Origin: Mustelus asterias
Taxonomy: Eukaryota
Assembly (NCBI RefSeq): GCF_964213995.1
Contig: NC_135816.1
Coordinates: 18,104,001-18,168,000 of the forward strand
DNA: 64,000 nt
Reading direction: 5' to 3'
Notes under the pieces: model-generated
Database searches by the model: none
Told to the model about the DNA's origin: nothing
What the model saw: only the letters and a program-made list of their open reading frames with translations
Shown here: piece by piece, positions 12,030 through 25,154 of the stretch
Layout: every line of letters starts with the position of its first letter
Position numbering within the stretch: the first letter of the stretch is position 1
Translations under genes and position numbers: made by a program

Positions 12030-12763
12030 GCTATAAAATAAATGGCAGAACCATCAGGAGCATAAACACACAGAGAGATCTGAGAGCACAGGTCCACAGA
12101 TCCTTAAAAGTGGCAGCACAGGTGGAAAAGGTGGTGAAGAAAGCATATGACACACTTGACTTCATCGGCCGGGGCATTGAGTATAAAAGTTGGCAAATTA
12201 TGTTACTGTTGTATAAAACGTTGGTTAGGCCACATTTGGAATACTGTGTCCAATTCTGGTCCCCACACTACCAGAAGGACGTGGAGACTTTGGAAGGAGT
12301 ACAGGAAAGGTTTACCAGGATGTTGCCTGGCATGGAGGGTATTAACTATGAGGAGAGATTGAATAAACTGGGATTGTTCTCCCTGGCAAGACAGAGGCTG
12401 AGGGGCGACCTGATAGATGTTTATAAAATTATTAAGTGCATAGATAAGGTGAAGGGTGAAAGTTTTTTTCCCAGGGCAGAAATGACAATTACAAGGAGAC
12501 ACAAGTTCAAGATAAGGGGGGAAAGGTTCAGTAGAGATGTGCGGAGGACGTTTTTTACACAGAAGGTGGTGGGGGCCTGGAATGCACTGTCAAGTGAAGT
12601 GGTTGAGGCAGACATGTTAGTGACATTTAAGACTTATCTGGATAGACACATGAACAGGCGGGGAATAGAGGGATACAGGTGGTTGGTCTAGATAGGACAA
12701 TGTGATTGGTACAGGTGTGGTGGGCTGAAGGGCCAGTTCCTGTGCTGTACTGTTCTTTGTTCT
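12030..12763 (+). mobile_element. CR1 (HER1-like) LINE 3' portion
   Basis: ORF 12110-12691 contains LYKTLVRPHLEYCVQFWSP...RLRGDLI...FFTQKVVGAWNAL and ends in a TGTTCTT tail. Confidence 0.9.
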
Positions 12764-13073
12764 TACAATGTACAGGCTCTCTCTATCTCTGAGTGTGAGG
12801 ATCGCATTGCTGCAGTCCCCGCATGTGAGGTCCCACCATTCGGAAGTCTACCCAGCCTTTACAGAAGGTAAACTCTCCTTTCCCAAGGCTACTCGCAGTT
12901 TTTCTTGCAGTGGAGGGTATTTCAACCTGCTTCCGAGTCGAGGAGCTGAATCTTCTTTTCTTTCATCGTCCTGATGGCGAGACTCCGTTTCGCACCAAAG
13001 TCGCAGTTGAAAAGAATAACTTCAGAATCCGGCCAGTTTCGGCATAAAACCAATTTCATCCCGAGATTTTCCT

Positions 13074-13285
13074 TGTTGTGTGTGCAATTAATTGACAACA
13101 AGGAAAATGGATCTCTGCGGTGCCGCACCAGGGGTTACTCAAACAAACTAAGTGCAACTTTATTTCCAATGTGCTGCCTCACTGAAATCCAACACGGAAG
13201 AGAAGTAAAAGCCCGCGAATGCCTCTGGTGAGATCATGTCATGTGACTAATCACACAGCGATGCATTGTTTTACAACACATGACA
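13074..13285 (-). mobile_element. Probable short 5' LTR of the decayed Gypsy element
   Basis: On the minus strand it starts TGTCATG, contains AATAAA and ends ACAACA. It lies upstream of and co-oriented with the gag remnant, with a sharp junction to CR1 sequence at 13286. Confidence 0.45.
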
Positions 13286-13371
13286 AGAGGCGACTTGGCC
13301 AAGGTAGATTGGGAAACTACATTAAAAGAAACAATGATGGACAAGTAATGGCTTGCATTAAAGAACTACCG

Positions 13372-13709
13372 TGGGTGGCACGGTAGCACAGTGGTTAGCA
13401 CTGCTGCTTCACAGCTCCAGGGTCCCGGGTTCGATTCCCGGCTCGGGTCACTGTCTGTGTGGAGTTTGCACATTCTCCTCGTGTCTGCGTGGGTTTCCTC
13501 CGGGTGCTCCGGTTTCCTCCCACAGTCCAAAGATGTGTGGGTTAGGTTGATTGGCCAGGTTAAAAAATTGCCCCTTAGAGTCCTGGGATGTGTAGGTTAG
13601 AGGGATTAGCGGGTAAATATGTGGGGGTAGGGCCTGGGTGCGATTGTGGTCGGTGCAGACTCGATGGGCTGAATGGCCTCCTTCTGCACTGTAGGGTTTC
13701 TATGTTTCT
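13372..13709 (+). mobile_element. HE1-type V-SINE, full length
   Basis: GGGTGGCACGGTAGCACAGTGGTTAGC head, GGTTCGATTCC B box, V-domain GTGGAGTTTGCACATTCTCC and CR1-like tail TTTCTATGTTTCTA. Confidence 0.9.
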
Positions 13710-14018
13710 AATACATAATTTATACCAAACCTATACGTCCTGAAGCCACAGACGTTCGACAGACAAAATGGCCCAACTGTTGCCAGCGAGAGAAGTTAAC
13801 AATGGTATTCGCTAAAGAATGTAATAACCCCGAGGGTTGGGAAAAATTTAGAATTCAGCAAAGGGGCATCTCAGAAATTCACAAGGAAACAGAGTTAGAA
13901 TAAATGGGTCTTTTTCCAATTGGCAGGCAGTGACTAGTGGGGTTCCGCAGGGATCTGTGCTAGGACCCCAACTGTTCACATTGTATTTTAATGATTTGGA
14001 TGAGGGAACTAAATGTAT

Positions 14019-16165
14019 TGGGTGCGACGCTCCCAAAAAATTCTAAGTGTCTAGTTTGCATAAAAACTGGAGCAAATTACACTGCTTTTATCAGTGGGAA
14101 TTTCAAAATGAATCTCCCACACTCTGTACACTGCAGAGGGCACTAGTGTGAATCACGCGAAAAATCCAGGGGCGGGGCCTTTTCCCACTGAAGAGGCTGA
14201 AATCAGCTTGCTGAGCGGGCCCCCGCGCATGCGCGATCTCTGAGCGATCGCTAAACAAGTCGTCCCAGTATAGACATCGCTGGCCTCAACCCCCACAGAC
14301 ATTGCTGGCCTCATCGCTGGCCTCTCAACCACCCCCCCCCCCCCCCACCACCCCCCCAACCCCTCTACAAGAAAATTGCTGGCCACCCAGCCTCCCCATC
14401 CCCCACTGATCTGGACATCGCTGGCCTCCCCACAGCTCACTGACCCGGACACATCTCTGGCCTTCCCATCCCCCACTGACCCGGACATCGCTGGTCTCCT
14501 GGTCTCCCCATCCCTCCCCCTTCCCCCTCCTCACACACAGCCCTGTGCTGCCGTGCACACCCCTGCCTGAGCATTCCCCCTCATTGGGTGAGAGCCTTGA
14601 GCATTGCACCCCTTGGACATAATACCTTGTTGAGTTCACTCAATCAGCACATTTGGAGATGGCTCACCCTCTATTGAAACCAGGGTCCCTGTACGTTATT
14701 CACAATGAAATTTAACTAACGGGCCCATGACTGGCCCAATCTGACTGCACCTGGACTCCCTTAACAAGCCAGAGCTGTATATAAGCTGCAATGATGGACA
14801 CACAGGCAGTCACGCCAGGAAAATGGCCCCAAAAAAAAGTGCTCCCAGATTTTCGGAGACTGAGCAGGTACACCTGCTGGACGCAGTGGAGGAGAGGCGC
14901 CATCTGCTGGACTCCGCTCAGGGCCAAGGGGTTGCGTAACAAGTGCATTATGGGAGGCAGTGACAGCCGCATTGACTGCCAGGACTCTGACCCCTCGGTC
15001 CGGAGAATGAACAAGAAAATGAACGACCTTCTTCGGGCGGCAAGGGTGAATGTGCATCCCAATTCTGAAACCTGTACATGTGCTGGCTGCTCCTGGAGTG
15101 GCCTACCTACAGCTCTAAATTAATGAGACCGAGATCCATTCTGCACAGTGGGGGTTAGAGAGAGAGAGAGAGAGATTGACAGATACATGAGTTTGCTTGC
15201 AACTACTCCAGCAGTGTGCCACCCCCCCCCTCTCTCCACCCCCCCCCCCCGCCCCCACCTCCCCCCCCCCCCCCACCCCTCCCACCCCCCAATCCCATCC
15301 ACCACTTGAGGATGCTGGCAAGACAACACAATCTGTGGTGCCATGCGTCACCTGATTAGGTTGCCTGCATTGGCATCGTGAACATGGCAGGCAGGGAGAG
15401 CATGCAATCACTTGAGCCATTGCCATGAGTGCATTCCCTTCCAGGCATGTGTTGCAGGTCAGGCGCACAGGGCAGGGACAGACTCCTTATTATCACAATA
15501 TGGTTCCCATTCACTGCAGAGTACATGCAGTATAAGTGTCCGTGTTAATCTGAGCACCCCTGCTTGGAGAACCAGCTGCTTCAACTGATGAGCTTTCAAG
15601 CAGCACATGGTGCACTCCCCCCCTCCCTAAAACCCCAGCACTCGGTCCAGTCCCTCACCACACCCCACAGCCAGAACAATGGAACAGCTCAGTGGCTCCA
15701 GACAGCAGCCTGACCAGCAACCAGTAAAGGACCCCACCCCACAGAGACCACATGGAACATCCCTGGGCTTGGGGACAGCGCTCCAGGAACCTCCCCACAC
15801 CAGGCAGAAATTTTCCAAGCCCTGCCTCCAACTTCCCCTGCAGTCCCGGGGCTGCAGCTCCATAACACTTACCTCCATATTCCTGTTCAACGCTGCCATG
15901 CCAGGTCCCGACTTTTATAGAGCAGTTGTAAACCCCACCAGCATGACATCATGCCATAGAGGTGGGAGACGCTAGAGGGGGTGGAGATTCTTTTCGCGGA
16001 CCTGCTCATGGCATGCTGAGGTATGTTAATGAATGCAAATTGCTGTTACACTGATTTTCAGTGTGGATCAATCGACGTGAAAAAGTTTAGGCTAGGAGAC
16101 ACACAGAGGCCCGGACGCCCAGTGCGAATCCCGCAGATCGGCCGCTGCTGACATCTCCTGGCAAA
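14019..16165. mobile_element. PIF/Harbinger-derived element with a Myb/SANT-like ORF remnant
   Basis: Left end is homologous to 2668-2900. At ~14822-15045 it reads MAPKKSAPRFSETEQVHLLDAVEERRHLL and, after a frame change, KKMNDLLRAAR. It splits the CR1 RT. The right boundary is uncertain. Confidence 0.6.
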
Positions 16166-16499
16166 TTATTTACAGATGATACAAAGTTGGGTGGGAGGGT
16201 GAGCTGTGAGGGGGATGTAGTGATGCTTCAGCATGATTTGGACAGGTTGAGTGAGTGGGCATCTGCACGGCAGATGCAGTATCATGTAGATAAATGTAAG
16301 ATTATCCACTTCGATAGTAAAAATAGAAAGGCAGATTATTATTTCAATGGGTATAAATTGAGAGAGGCGGATACTCAGTGAGACCTTGGAGTTCTCATGC
16401 ATCAATCGCTGAAAGTAAGTGCGCAAGTACAGCAGGGAATAAAGAAAGCAAATGGTATGTTGGCCTTCATAGCAAGAGGATTTGAGTATTGGAATAAAA

Positions 16500-16798
16500 T
16501 TAAAGTTTATTTACTTATTAGTCACAAGTAGTCTTACATTAACACTGCAATGAAGTTACTTTGAAAATCCCCTAGACACCACACTCTGGCACCTGTTCGG
16601 GTACTCTGAGGGAGAATTTGGCATGGCCAATTCACCTAACCTGTACATCTTTAGACAGTGGGAGGAAACCAGAGCACCCGGAGGAAACCCATGCAGACAT
16701 GGGGAGAATGTGCAAACTCCACAAAGACAGTGACCCAAGCCAGAAATCGAACCAGGGTCCCTGGCATTGTGAGGCAGCAGTGCGAACCACTGTGCCAC
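16500..16798 (-). mobile_element. V-SINE, second tail type
   Basis: Matches 10084-10398. Inserted in the CR1. Confidence 0.85.
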
Positions 16799-19700
16799 TG
16801 AGTGTTTTACTGCAATTGTATAGGGCATTGGTGAGGCCACACCTGGAGCATTGTGTGCAGTTTTGGTGTCCTTATCTGAGGAAGGATGTTTTTGCTATAG
16901 AGGGAGTGCAGCAAAGGTTTACCAGGCTGATTCCTGGCTTGGCAGATCTGTCATATAAGGAGAGACTAAGTCGATTCGGATTATATTCACTGGAGTTTAG
17001 AAGAGTGAGAGAGGATCTCATAGAAACTTATAAAATTCTAACACGGTTAGACAGGGTAGATTCAGAAAGAATATTCCCAATGGTGGGGGAGGCCAGAACT
17101 AGGGGTCATAACTTGAGGATAAGGGATAAATCTTTTAGAACTGAGGTGAGGAGAAATTTCTTCACTCAGAGAATGGTCAATCTGTGTAATTCACTACCAT
17201 AAATAGTAGTTGAGGCCAAAACGTTGTGTGATTTCAAGAAGGAATTAGATACAGCTCTTGGGGCTAAAGGGGTCAAGGGATATGGAGGGGGAAGGTGGGA
17301 TCAGGATATTGAATTTGATGGTCAGCCATGATCATAATGAATGGTGCAGCAGGCTCGAAGGGCTGAATGGCCTACTCCTGTTTCCATTTTCTACGTATGT
17401 TTCTTGTAAAAGAGAATTGAGTAGCAGGAGATATAAAAACAGATTGCAAACGTTTCTCTCGGTATGTCAATAAGATGGGAGAACGTGAACTAAACTTGGA
17501 TGGAACAGACTGGATTATCAGAGGGCCTATTCCTGTCGGTCATTGCTTGCATGCTCATATCTCTTTGCTTTGCCATTGTACCTAATCTTTGTTACTTCCT
17601 GCTTTGGATTTGCCTCTTAAGCAGACGAATTGACATTGAGTATGTGTGTGTGTGTATAGGAGTATAGGTATGGGTGGGGTGAGGGGGAATGGGGTTGGGG
17701 AGTGGGGTAGGAGCACTCTGCTGGGCCAGTTCCTTTCCTCACTCGAGATCCATGAATGGCTCATTTTCCAACAGGAATCGATCAACAGGAAGGAATTTGG
17801 TTAATTTTTATTGCAGCTGAAAGCAAGGAAATTGAGTTCTGACTGCAGATTTGACGAAGGTAAATGAACTCAGTGTGGACTATGGGACATCCCTGATCTA
17901 CTTGGTTCAGCAGCACCCCAGGAAAGACAGATTTCTATAGGTTTCACAGGGGTGAGTGAGTTCCTTTATTGCAGTGATCCCCAATGGCAACTTAAATGGA
18001 AATTAAAAGTGGCAAGCCGCTTCATCAATGAGTCCATCTACTTCAAACAGTTCCCAACACAAGGTGCAGGTAATGTAAGTGAGAGGATTAAAGTCTCCCA
18101 TTAAAGCATTGCACAGATTCTATCTCTCTTAGCTTCAGGGTGGGATGGGAGCAGACATGTCCAAGTCACTGTAGCTGGAGGCAGCTCTGTATCTGGTTCA
18201 GTAAGAATGATGTGGCCAAAACAGAAAATATTATTTCCATTTTTCATTTTCCTAATTCATAAGAGGTAACATAAAGGGTGCCGATTGAGAATATAGCTAA
18301 GCTACATTACTAACCATGTTGGGATCAATGGCTAATGCTATTCTGAGGGACGTGCTGGTTAGGTGCATTGGCCATGCTAAATTCTCCCTCAATGTACCCG
18401 AACAGGCGCCGGAGTGTGGCGACTGGGGGATTTTCACAGTAACTTCATTGCAGTGTTAATGTAAACTGACACTAATAAATAAACTTTAAAACTTTATAAA
18501 TCACAAGTAGAATCTCTCAATGACAGCAGAGGTGAACAGTTGCGAAAATGAATGCACACGAATGGTCATTCCCCACTGAACATTTGTCTGAACTTGTCTA
18601 GCGATGTGTTGACAACTGTGACAATTATATAGAGAACAAAAGAATGTTCTCAGCCCTAAGCTGAACAAACCAGTCTGTCAGGATCACTGAAGTATTTGCA
18701 ACAGCCAGGATTTTCTTGATTCTATCGCTGTGAATGAAAGCTCAGGCGGGTGGGGGGAGCGGGTGTGTGTGTGTGTGTGTTGGGGGTTGGGGGGGGGGTT
18801 GCTGTAGTGCAATCCGCATTGGAACCAGGGCCACCTTCTGGGGACGGTTACCAGTTAAGTGGCTGGGCCTATTAAAGATGCCCTCCTGCTCCCACGAGCA
18901 GCCAACCCAATCAGAGTTCCAGCAGTTTAGCAGCACCACTGCTTGGTCTGCAGCTGGAGGGAGGGAGCACACCTGTTATCATGTACCTTTTACTTTGTTA
19001 AAAAAACAAACTCTTTTTGACACAGAGGTTTTGGGGAATTTCTCTGCTAATCCCACAACTGTCCTTTGTTTTTCTCCCATTCCTCATCTGATTGAATCAT
19101 TTACCTCATGTTGGAGCTTGTTTTATTCCATTGTCTTGTGTTGGACTCCTTAGCGTCCAATCTCTGAACCAAAAGCCAAGTAAGGTAAATTGCTCCATTT
19201 TACCTGCTGCATTAAGTGGAGATTATATTGCTTTGTTGATTCGTACAGATAATTAGCAGTTGTAGTTAATTACAGCAAATGAGAAACGAGCGACTTTCTA
19301 ATCCTTTATTTGCACACATAGTCCACCAATCATAACGTAGCTTTTTGCACTTTCTTATCCACTAGAAATCCGTCTCCTTCATTAGCATAATATGTCAACA
19401 TATCTTGTTTTTTTGGTATTTGTCATGGTAGCTTGTCTTTGTTTCATCCTATGGCCAAGGCTGGGATGCAGTGTTTATGAAACTGATGCAAAGCTAGATT
19501 AGTCTCTTTCCTGAACACACGACCGCTGACCTCAATGAGGCCTTGTTTCCATTTTTGCTGACAGAGTTGCCTTGTTGTTGTAACTTAATTTCCAAATACC
19601 CTCTGTGAAGCATCTTGGGACATTTTATTACATTAAAGTTACTTTAAGAATACAAGTTATTGCTGTTGTTGTTTTACTAAATGCCCTTTAGGGAAGGAAA

Positions 19701-21237
19701 TCTGCTGTCCTTGAGCAATCTGGATTATATGTGATTCCAGACCCACTCTTGAATCTTAACTATCCGCTGAAATGGCCCAGCTAGCCACTCAGATATACAG
19801 GGATAGGCAATGAATGCTGGCCTTGCCAACAGCCCGTGAAGGAATAAAAACTAACTACCTCCATGTGGCAGCAAGTTCAATTTTCTAACCATTCTCCGGA
19901 CAAAGATGTTTCTCTGAATTCTTTATTGAATTGATTAGTCTTACATTCCATAGTTTTAAACTTGCCCTAAGTAGCACCTTCATTATATCTACCCTATTAA
20001 GAGTATAAATAATTATTTAAAAATATCTGCCTGGCAGTCCGTATCTAGAGAGTTAAACTCTTCATGTTTTATGCTGTTGCTAATTGTCAGATATTTGTTC
20101 TGATTTATGGCAAACATTCCGTTGAGATTGCTGAATGGAGACTTTATTAACGTGACCTGTCTTTTTGTAACTCAGATTTAATAACCTTCATAAATCTGTC
20201 ACCTCATTCATTCTCTGTACTGACACAAACCTCAAGGGCTGAATTGCTTGGGTCACATCCAATGGGGAAAAGAAAGTAACAACTTGCATTCATATAGTGT
20301 CTTTCACATCCCCCAGGATGTCCCCAAGCATTTCCAAAGCAATGAACTGATAATTGCTGTTGCTACGTAGACAAACGTGCCAGTCAATTTGTGCACAACA
20401 AGATCCCACAAACAGTAGTGGGATAAACTTCCAGTTAGTCTGCTTTGGGTGAGGGTTAAGGGGTAGATATTGGCTGGGACACACCAGGAGAAATCCTCTG
20501 GTTTCTTTGAGTGATGCCAATGGATTAATTTACATCAATCAGAACATGCAAACAGGTCCTTGGGCTGAGATCTTATCACTGCGCCACATCAACCTGCACT
20601 GTGTGTTAAATTGATCCTTAGTGTGAGGGGGATTAGCAAGGTAAATACATGGGGTTACGGGGATAGGGCCTCAGTGGGATTGTTGTCAGTGCAGGCTTGA
20701 TGGGCCGAATGGCCTCCTTCTGCACTGTAGGGATTGTATGATTCCATTCTAAGTGTATGTTCTGTCACTGAGCCAATCAATAGCAGACACAAACTCTTAT
20801 TGTTCATCAACTCATTACAGAAAACAAACTTAAAACAAAGGAAGCCTGGCAGGCGTCTTCCCCATTTCAAGGAAGTGTCGATGAAGATGACAACAGGAAG
20901 CAATCTGAGCAATTCTTCCCTGTTCCCCTAATCCTTCCCTCCCCACCAATCCCTGGGGGGATGTTAACAAGGAAAGGCACAATAATGGAAAAGCTAAAGC
21001 AAAGAATAGCAAGTGAAAGGTAGAAAAAGCTTCCGGTTCATTTCAAATTTCACTGAATTTCTCACGAGTGTGGACAGGAATCAGCTTTGGACAATCGAAT
21101 TAAATCAGTGTGGCCCCATTTCAATGTCAGGATGCGCAGATTCCTTGTGGAGAAGAATCGTTTTGCCCTTGTCCTGGATCCACAGAAGTCAGAGTATATT
21201 AAGCATGAAGAAACTGACCTGTGACAGTGGGCAGAAG

Positions 21238-21552
21238 GAGGAGGCGGTGGTGTAGTGGTATTGTCGCTGGACTAGTAATCCAGACTCCAAGGCTAATGCT
21301 TTAGGAACCCGGCTTCGAAATCAATAGAAACCTGGAATTAAAAGTCTAATGATGACCATGAAACCATTGTCGAGAGTTGTAAAAACCCATCTGGTTCAGT
21401 AATGTCCTTTCGGGAAGGAAACCTGCCTTAGTCTGGCCTACACGTGACTCCAGATCCATAGCAACATAGTGGACTCTTAAATGCCCTTTGAAATGGTCTG
21501 GCCATTAATTAGGGAGGGGCAATAAGTTCTGGCCCAGCCAACGATTAAAAAT
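21238..21552 (+). mobile_element. tRNA-headed SINE of a second family
   Basis: GGTGGTGTAGTGGTA head and body GATGACCATGAAACCATTGTCG...GGAAGGAAACCTGCC...GGCCTACACGTGACTCC. Same family as 60828-61180. Confidence 0.7.
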
Positions 21553-21860
21553 AATCGAATACCCTCCCCCAAGGTGAATTTAGAAATGGGAGGAACATTT
21601 AATCAGGTGGGGTTTCCCCCCATTGCCCCACTACTACTTCCCCGCCTTTGCCCATATCTCCCTCCATTAAATCTGGGATGAGAAGGTTTGTGGACAGCCT
21701 TCCCACAATTCTGTTGGGATTGCTTGCTTCTGAGGGGTAGGGGACAAGGGAAGGTCACATGTTGTCAGGCACTCAGTGCCTGATCAAGAGATCCAGGAAG
21801 GTGGGGACCCTGCTGTGAGAAGCCTTGTGCCCCTGGGCGGTGCAGGGGACAGTGGTTAGT

Positions 21861-22332
21861 CATAAGACCATAAGACATAGTAGCAAAATGAGGCCACTCG
21901 GCCCATCGAGTCTGCTCTGCCATTTAATCATGGCTGATATTTTTCTCATCCCCATTCTCCTGCCTTTTCCCCATAATCCCTGATCCCCTTATTAATCAAG
22001 AACTTATCTATCTCTGTCTTAAAGACACTCAATGACCCGGCCTCCACAGCCTTCTGCGGCAAAGAGTTCCTCAGTTTCACCACTCTCTGGCTGAAGAAAT
22101 TCCTCCTCATCTCTGTTTTAAAGGATTGTTCTTTTAGCCTGAGGTTGTGCACTCTGGTTCTATTTTTAGTTTTGGTGGAAACACCCTCTCCACGTCCACT
22201 CTATCCAGGTCTCGCAGTATCCTGCAAGTTTCAGTAAGATCCCCCCTCATCCTTCTAAACTCCAACGAGTACAGACCCAGAGTCCTCAACCTTTCCTCAT
22301 ACGACAAGCTCTTCATTCCAGGGATCATTCTT
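21861..22332 (-). mobile_element. CR1 LINE 3' end
   Basis: RMIPGMKSLSYEERLRTLGLYSLEFRRMRGDL and FFSQRVVKLRNSLP in minus-strand ORFs. Confidence 0.9.
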
Positions 22333-23789
22333 GTTAGCGCCGCTGCCTCAAAATGCCAGGGACCCGGGTTCAATTCCCGGCTTGGGTCTGTGTGGAGTTT
22401 GCACATTCTCCCCATGTCTGTGTGGGTTTCCTGTGGGTGACTCGGGTTTCCTGTGAGGCAGCAGTGCTAACCACTGTGCCACCATACTGCCCATGCCTGG
22501 ATTCTTCATGACTGATCACATTCCCCATGTTAGGTTACTCTGGAACTCCATTTTGGAACACTTTGGGACATGTGAGAGGCACAAAGCAGCCACAACATAA
22601 AACAGATCATTTAATCCAATAAGTCCTCATCCAATAAACTGGTCAGACCTTTGGAACGCGTTTCACCTCCAAGATCATTGGTAAATATTATCAACCATGC
22701 CTCCAAGTTTGTTCTGTTGACAATCTAATCTTATTAGTTATCGCTGTATGGTTTTAACATTGCAGCAATGAATCTCCCACTTAAATCTATACACACATGA
22801 AGAGTGAAGTTCAACATGTCGTTTCCTGCAAGGTCAAATATGAGTCAAAGGAATGATTGACAGAAAAATAATCTACTGCTTGTTCTGAGATTTGGGTCCT
22901 TCTGTCTTGGACTCTTAGCGTGGGATTTAGTTTGTAGACTTCAGACATGCTCTGGTATCTGTTTAACACTTGCTTATTAGCACGACATCTAAACAGGTTA
23001 CAGAGTCAAATCAAAGCAAAGTACTGCAAATGCTGGAAATCTGAAGTATAGAATCATAGAATCCCTACAGTGCAGGGGGAGGCCATTTGGCCCATCGAGA
23101 CTGCACCGACTCTCCGACAGAGCAAAGTAAAAGCAGAAAATGCTGGATAAACACAGCGGGTCTGGCAGCATCTTTGGAGTGAGAAACAGAGTTAACATTT
23201 TGAGTCCGTATGACCCTTCGACTGAACTTGGGGGGGGGGGTGGTGGGGGGGTAGGCACATTGCTCTTAGGCACGATTCCAACCTCTCTCTCTAACACATG
23301 ACTCACAGATCTCAGTGCCTCGTCATCATCCCTGGCATCTTTGAGCATAACCTATCTTGTTAACCCTTTATACCGCAGTGGTTGCCTCTCCTATGTCACT
23401 GGTCCTGACTCTGAGATTTGTGATGGAGTCAGAGGTCAGTGTGGATTGGCCGATAGAAATGTTGCCCAGATGCACTTCTCATGCCAGGTGTTGGAGGGAA
23501 TAAACAAACTAAGTGTTTTGAGACTGTATCGAACTTCAACTAAAACGGCTTTTATTCAACATGCATGAGGGAGGGCAGATCTCAGAGCTGTAATTCCAGC
23601 TTGCTTCCAAGCTATTCTACCCCTCAAAGGTTCTTACACATTCTTATACCCTTTTTTGTGTTACAAAGCGTTACATTTACATTAGGTCATCATATTGTTA
23701 CTTTGAATTTATTACAGTTCTGTTTTGATCGCATTATGCAGATCCATTGTCCTGTGTGCTTTAACTTTAATCATTTTCTGGACATTTTC

Positions 23790-23992
23790 TGGTCCAAAGA
23801 TGTGCGGGTTAGGTTGATTGGCCATGCTAAAAAAATTGCCCCTTAGTGTCCTGGGATGCGTAGATTAGAGGGATTAGCGGGTAAAATATGTAGGGATATG
23901 GGGGTGGGGCCTGGGTGGGATTGTGGTCGGTGCAGACTCGATGGGCCGAATGACCTCTTTCTGTACTGTAGGGTTTCTATGATTTCTATGAT
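23790..23992 (+). mobile_element. 5'-truncated HE1-type SINE
   Basis: Matches 13525-13709. Confidence 0.8.
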
Positions 23993-24810
23993 ATCCTATG
24001 TACTTGTTTAGAATATCAAAGCGTTGTGGTTGTCAAGTCGATTTCGATAGTGTCTTATTGTCCCCATCTCCCTGATACCTGATTAGTTTCCAGGGGCACA
24101 ATGGCTCCTCTAGACATCGTTGCTGTAACCTCGGAAAGATCTCACCTGGGCTGCAATTGTGTTAGTGCTGCCTGGGATGTGGTCATGTCTGTCCACAGTG
24201 AGTGTGAATGCCACAGTCAGGCTGTCTGTTTAACCCTTTCCATTCATGCCTCTCCTGCTGCAGCCCACACTCCCTGGGTTTGCCCTATTACAACAGGTAC
24301 AACCTCGAGGCTGCAACAGAAAGAATCCCATCGCATATCAGACAGTTGCTGTTTAGTAAGAATGTTTGCAGCCATTGCCACTGATCTCATGTGGCTCTCT
24401 CCACCAACAGATGAATGCCTTCACTCTGGCTCACATGTTTTCCTGGAGCAGCGGGAGGTACATTCACTGCTCGCCCCAAGCTTTTCTGCTCTGCACTCTC
24501 TTAATGGACCATGAGGTTGTGATGTAGGAAGCGGCTGGTGTTCCAACTTTGCATTGAGGATCATGCTGGGAATATGGGGATAAAATAAGATGAAATAATT
24601 GCTGAGACTACTGAGGGACATTTTATTCACCTACATGTCATTTATTTTGCTAACTAGACAAAAAATACCTTCTTGGTGGATTACATGTTTTTTTTATTCG
24701 ATGTGGTTTTTTTCGTTATAATTAATTATCCAAACCAGACAGCTTCAGATTTGTAATGCAAAACCACCGATGGAAACAAAGTCCCATGCCAACACCGAGG
24801 AAATAATTGA

Positions 24811-25139
24811 ATCATAGAATCCCTACAGTGCAGAAGAAGGCCATTTGGCCCATCAAGTCTGCACCGACCACAATCCCACCCAGGCCCTATTCCCGTAACC
24901 CAACTAATCACTAATTACCCTGCTAATCCCCATGACACTCGGGTCAATTTAGCAGGCCCAATCAACCTAACCCACACATCTTTGGGCTGTGGGAGGAAAC
25001 CGGAGCACCCAGAGGAAAACCACGTAGGCACGGGGAGAACGTGCAAACTTCACACAGAGAGTGACCCGAGGCCGGAATTGAACCTGGGTCTCTGGCGCTG
25101 TGAGGCAGCAGTGCTAACCACTGCGCCACCATGCTGCCC
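24811..25139 (-). mobile_element. HE1-type V-SINE, full length
   Basis: Head, V-domain and GATTCTATGATTC tail. Confidence 0.85.
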
Positions 25140-25154
25140 GAGGACTCGCCATAC

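Larger units (their letters stand above)
13286..17403 (+). mobile_element. Fragmented CR1 LINE ORF2 hosting SINE and DNA-transposon insertions
   Basis: Collinear pieces DLAKVDWE (13290), [20 protein letters not shown] (13930-14010), DDTKLGG (16175), LYRALVRPHLE (16815) and a 3' UTR to ~17400. Confidence 0.8.

Noticed and set aside
13372-13450. tRNA genes
   Set aside because: The A/B-box sequences are SINE heads continuing into SINE bodies, with no complete cloverleaf.
16618-17202. 194-aa ORF as a novel gene
   Set aside because: It is a chance in-frame fusion of an antisense SINE with a CR1 ORF2 fragment.
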